Source: a virus (Duplodnaviria; Caudoviricetes). Taken from it: a stretch of 38,229 bases of DNA. The position numbers and the translations under genes are program-made. Shown here one piece after another: positions 36,053-38,229 of the stretch; the first letter of the stretch is position 1, and every line of letters starts with the position of its first letter. The notes under the pieces were generated by a model that saw only the letters and a program-made list of their open reading frames with translations, was not told where the DNA came from and made no database searches. The stretch is from positions 1 through 38,229 of the IMG/VR virus record IMGVR_UViG_3300022936_000020; one strand, written 5' to 3'.

Positions 36053-36132
36053 CGGTCCGACTCGATTAATGCAACCATTTCGGCAATCCGCTGAGCCAAC
36101 CGCTCAATAGTTTCGGACTTCTCGCTTGTCAT
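36049..36132 (-). CDS. 27-aa first peptide of the leftward operon, absent from ORF track
   Basis: MTSEKSETIERLAQRIAEMVALIESDR after CAGATGGAGAG; ATGA overlap with next gene. Confidence 0.6.
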   Translation of the reverse strand: MTSEKSETIERLAQRIAEMVALIESDR

Positions 36133-36139
36133 CGCCATC

Positions 36140-36278
36140 TCTCCATCTGGCTCGTTTCGTTGAGCCGAGATAAGCACGGGCTAGGATGGGTCGTCAATAG
36201 GGTGCGAATATATTTCTGCATGGGCTGGACATGGGTCGTTTTGCCGGTCTATGAATAACGACCATTCAGGAGAACGAC
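36140..36278. promoter_or_regulatory. Divergent promoter/operator region
   Basis: Leftward TTGACG (36197-36192) then GCTTATCT; rightward TGGACA..TATGAA; ATGGGTCGT at 36186 and 36231, inverted ACGACCAT at 36258. Confidence 0.7.
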
Positions 36279-36443
36279 ATGGCTAAACGAACTGAACTTG
36301 TCCAACTGGCTCTGACCAAAGAGGAAAAGCAAAAACTGCAAAGCGCCGCCGACGCGCTCGCAATTCCCCTCGCATCTTGGGTTCGATCACATGCGCTGAC
36401 GGAAGCAAGCCACATCACCCTCCGCATCAAAGGAGCAGCCTAA
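36279..36443 (+). CDS. 54-aa ribbon-helix-helix regulator, absent from ORF track
   Basis: MAKRTELVQLALTKEEKQKLQSAADALAIPLASWVRSHAL...; CAGGAG RBS; TAATG overlap. Confidence 0.8.
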   Translation: MAKRTELVQLALTKEEKQKLQSAADALAIPLASWVRSHALTEASHITLRIKGAA

Positions 36444-36760
36444 TGTCCGAGACCATCACATCGCACACAAAGGGGCCGTGTATCGAAGAGGTTGACCCTG
36501 ACTATCCTGATCAGCCGAGCGGCTGGATTGTCGGGGTTGTCGAATACGCCGGATGCGGATCGCACGAGGCTAAATGGACATCGGAAGCAAACAAACGGCT
36601 GGCTCTGTCGGCTCCTGATCTCCTGGAAGCTCTTACGTGGGTCACCAGAGCGCTAGAAAAGGCTGAGGCAGGCTATCCCTACAATCTCGCAGATCAGGCT
36701 ATCAGGCGCGCTAATATGGTCATCTCAGCCGCCACCGGAGAAGCCTCCGATGCTAACTAA
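36443..36760 (+). CDS. Hypothetical phage protein
   Basis: HTKGP..ANKRLALSAPDLLEAL pattern, common in phage early proteins. Confidence 0.75.
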   Translation: MSETITSHTKGPCIEEVDPDYPDQPSGWIVGVVEYAGCGSHEAKWTSEANKRLALSAPDLLEALTWVTRALEKAEAGYPYNLADQAIRRANMVISAATGEASDAN

Positions 36761-36947
36761 CCCCGAAGCCCTAGACATCATCAAAGCCAAGATCCAAGCG
36801 ACAGGCGGACCCGCTGCCTTCTCGTCAAAGCACGACATTGCAGAGCCCTACGTTCGCAACGTCCTCGCCGGTCGCACCGAACCCGGCAAACGCACAGCAA
36901 AAGCAGCCGGGCTTGTTAAGCAAGACGGCGCATGGAGGTGGATGTGA
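36750..36947 (+). CDS. Cro/XRE-like HTH protein
   Basis: GGPAAFSSKHDIAEPYVRNVLAGRTEPG; resembles 2466-2663. Confidence 0.7.
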   Translation: MLTNPEALDIIKAKIQATGGPAAFSSKHDIAEPYVRNVLAGRTEPGKRTAKAAGLVKQDGAWRWM

Positions 36948-37624
36948 GTAAGCGAAACGTCTTCACAGATGCGACAGACAATAAGATCAGGACGCTCTAC
37001 GGTCAGGGTATGGGCCACAAGGCCATTGCCGACACGATTGGCTTCGGCAAGACGGCGACGAGCAATCGCATTCGTCACCTCGGGTTATCCAAGGCAAAGC
37101 CTCGCCAACTCAAGTGGACGCCAGAGATGGACGCCACGATCAGGCGCTACATCAACGTCCTGACGCGCGGCGAGATCGCCAAGAAGATCGGCAAGGGCGC
37201 GACCGCTGCGGCCGTCATTAGCCGTGCGGCTCGTTTGAACCTTCAGGGTGTCAGTCCGGTCGCTCCGCAGCCCTGGACCGCCGAAGAGGACCAATACCTT
37301 CGTGATCGCGTCGGCTCTCTAAGTCAGCGCGACATGGCCGAAGAACTCGGACGCGAACGCTCATCGGTTTTCCGGCGTCTCGAAAAACTAGGCATCAAGC
37401 CTGAGCGCGCCATCGTTACATACATCGCACCCAAGGCGGTGAAACCCTCACAGGTCATTCCTCTGACTGCCCGTCCCTGGCTCACGCGCACGTCTCGTGA
37501 ATGCAAATACCTCTACGGTCAGCGACATGCCTATCTGGCCTGTTGCGAGCCTGTATGGGGTGATACGGGTCATTGTGAGGCTCACGCTGCGCTGTGCGGC
37601 GGGTATAAAAAGGTGGCGGCATGA
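36944..37624 (+). CDS. GcrA-like regulator with three tandem HTH repeats and C-terminal Cys/His domain
   Basis: FTDATD.., WTPEMD.., WTAEED.. repeats each ending R..LG/NL; CKYLYG..CC..HCEAH resembles the GcrA C-terminus. Confidence 0.75.
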   Translation: MSKRNVFTDATDNKIRTLYGQGMGHKAIADTIGFGKTATSNRIRHLGLSKAKPRQLKWTPEMDATIRRYINVLTRGEIAKKIGKGATAAAVISRAARLNLQGVSPVAPQPWTAEEDQYLRDRVGSLSQRDMAEELGRERSSVFRRLEKLGIKPERAIVTYIAPKAVKPSQVIPLTARPWLTRTSRECKYLYGQRHAYLACCEPVWGDTGHCEAHAALCGGYKKVAA

Positions 37625-37881
37625 TCTGGACCTCCGACCTCACAGAAGCCCTCGTCGCACACAAGCGCGCCGGTCTCTCTCATGCGAAGATTGCCGTAAA
37701 AATGGGGCTGACAAAAAACATGGTGTGTGGAAAGCTGAACCGGCTAGGCATGGTTGGGTCTGCCAAGCGGCCTTACAAGCCGCCTCCCGCTCCCCGCAGA
37801 CCTATCGATTCGTGGGACATAAAGCTGTTCGAACCCTACGGCGTCCGAAAGGCGCGGTTGGCTGCTGAGGGGAGGGTGTGA
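37621..37881 (+). CDS. GcrA N-terminal-domain-like protein
   Basis: [38 protein letters not shown] matches the GcrA HTH pattern. Confidence 0.8.
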   Translation: MIWTSDLTEALVAHKRAGLSHAKIAVKMGLTKNMVCGKLNRLGMVGSAKRPYKPPPAPRRPIDSWDIKLFEPYGVRKARLAAEGRV

Positions 37882-38229
37882 TGCGGATCGAGACGATAGG
37901 CGACTGCACACTGTATTTAGGGGACTGTCGGGAGGTTTTACCGACGATCGGCCCCGTCAACCATATCATCACTGACCCGCCTTTTGAGAAGGAAGCCCAC
38001 ACTGACGTGCGGCGAACTCAAAAATCCATCAAGTCGGGAACGAAGGATAATATCGACTTCGGGCAAATCACTGAGGAACTTCGGGCCTTTATCCCGTCGT
38101 GGGCTAAGGAGAATTGCACCGGATGGATCTTGGCTTTTTGTCAGGTCGAAGCCGTGTCGCAGTGGCGGGACGTGATGGAAGCGGCGAACCTGAAATACAA
38201 GCGCGGAATGGCTTGGGTTAAGCCGGATT
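37881..38229 (+). CDS. DNA methyltransferase (N6-A/N4-C), N-terminal part, runs off the window end
   Basis: [35 protein letters not shown]; no stop before the end. Confidence 0.92.
   Translation, partial: MRIETIGDCTLYLGDCREVLPTIGPVNHIITDPPFEKEAHTDVRRTQKSIKSGTKDNIDFGQITEELRAFIPSWAKENCTGWILAFCQVEAVSQWRDVMEAANLKYKRGMAWVKPD

Noticed and set aside
29900-36300. Integrase, attP or lysogeny module
   Set aside because: No tyrosine or serine recombinase motifs and no CI-type repressor in any ORF

Overview
The window is an almost complete, circularly permuted ~38.3 kb tailed-phage genome with podovirus (P22/N4-like) virion architecture. The host is probably an alphaproteobacterium of the Caulobacter/Brevundimonas type, inferred from the GcrA-like genes and high GC. 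Gene order on the + strand: a DNA methyltransferase split across the window ends, RuvC-like resolvase, PD-(D/E)XK exonuclease, SSB-like protein, HTH, primase-helicase with a repeat-rich putative origin behind it, terminase small subunit, a 3.3 kb island of tiny genes with repeated promoters and a probable sRNA, terminase large subunit, portal, scaffold, capsid, tail and ejection proteins, tailspike, and an extended lysis cassette. A leftward accessory operon (29.9-36.1 kb) carries an HNH nuclease, a C5 methyltransferase with a nested second-frame subunit, a mosaic Ndt-like protein and a KGG protein. A divergent control region then drives RHH, HTH and two GcrA-like genes. I found no integrase, CI-type repressor, partition system, tRNA or CRISPR. 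The most interesting observations are: two coupled Pro-rich micro-peptides plus a polytopic membrane protein heading the lysis operon, the overlapping-frame two-chain methyltransferase, the tandem GcrA-like genes next to a methylase, and a promoter- and terminator-bounded non-coding RNA. All product calls come from motif recognition by eye; no database searches were run.
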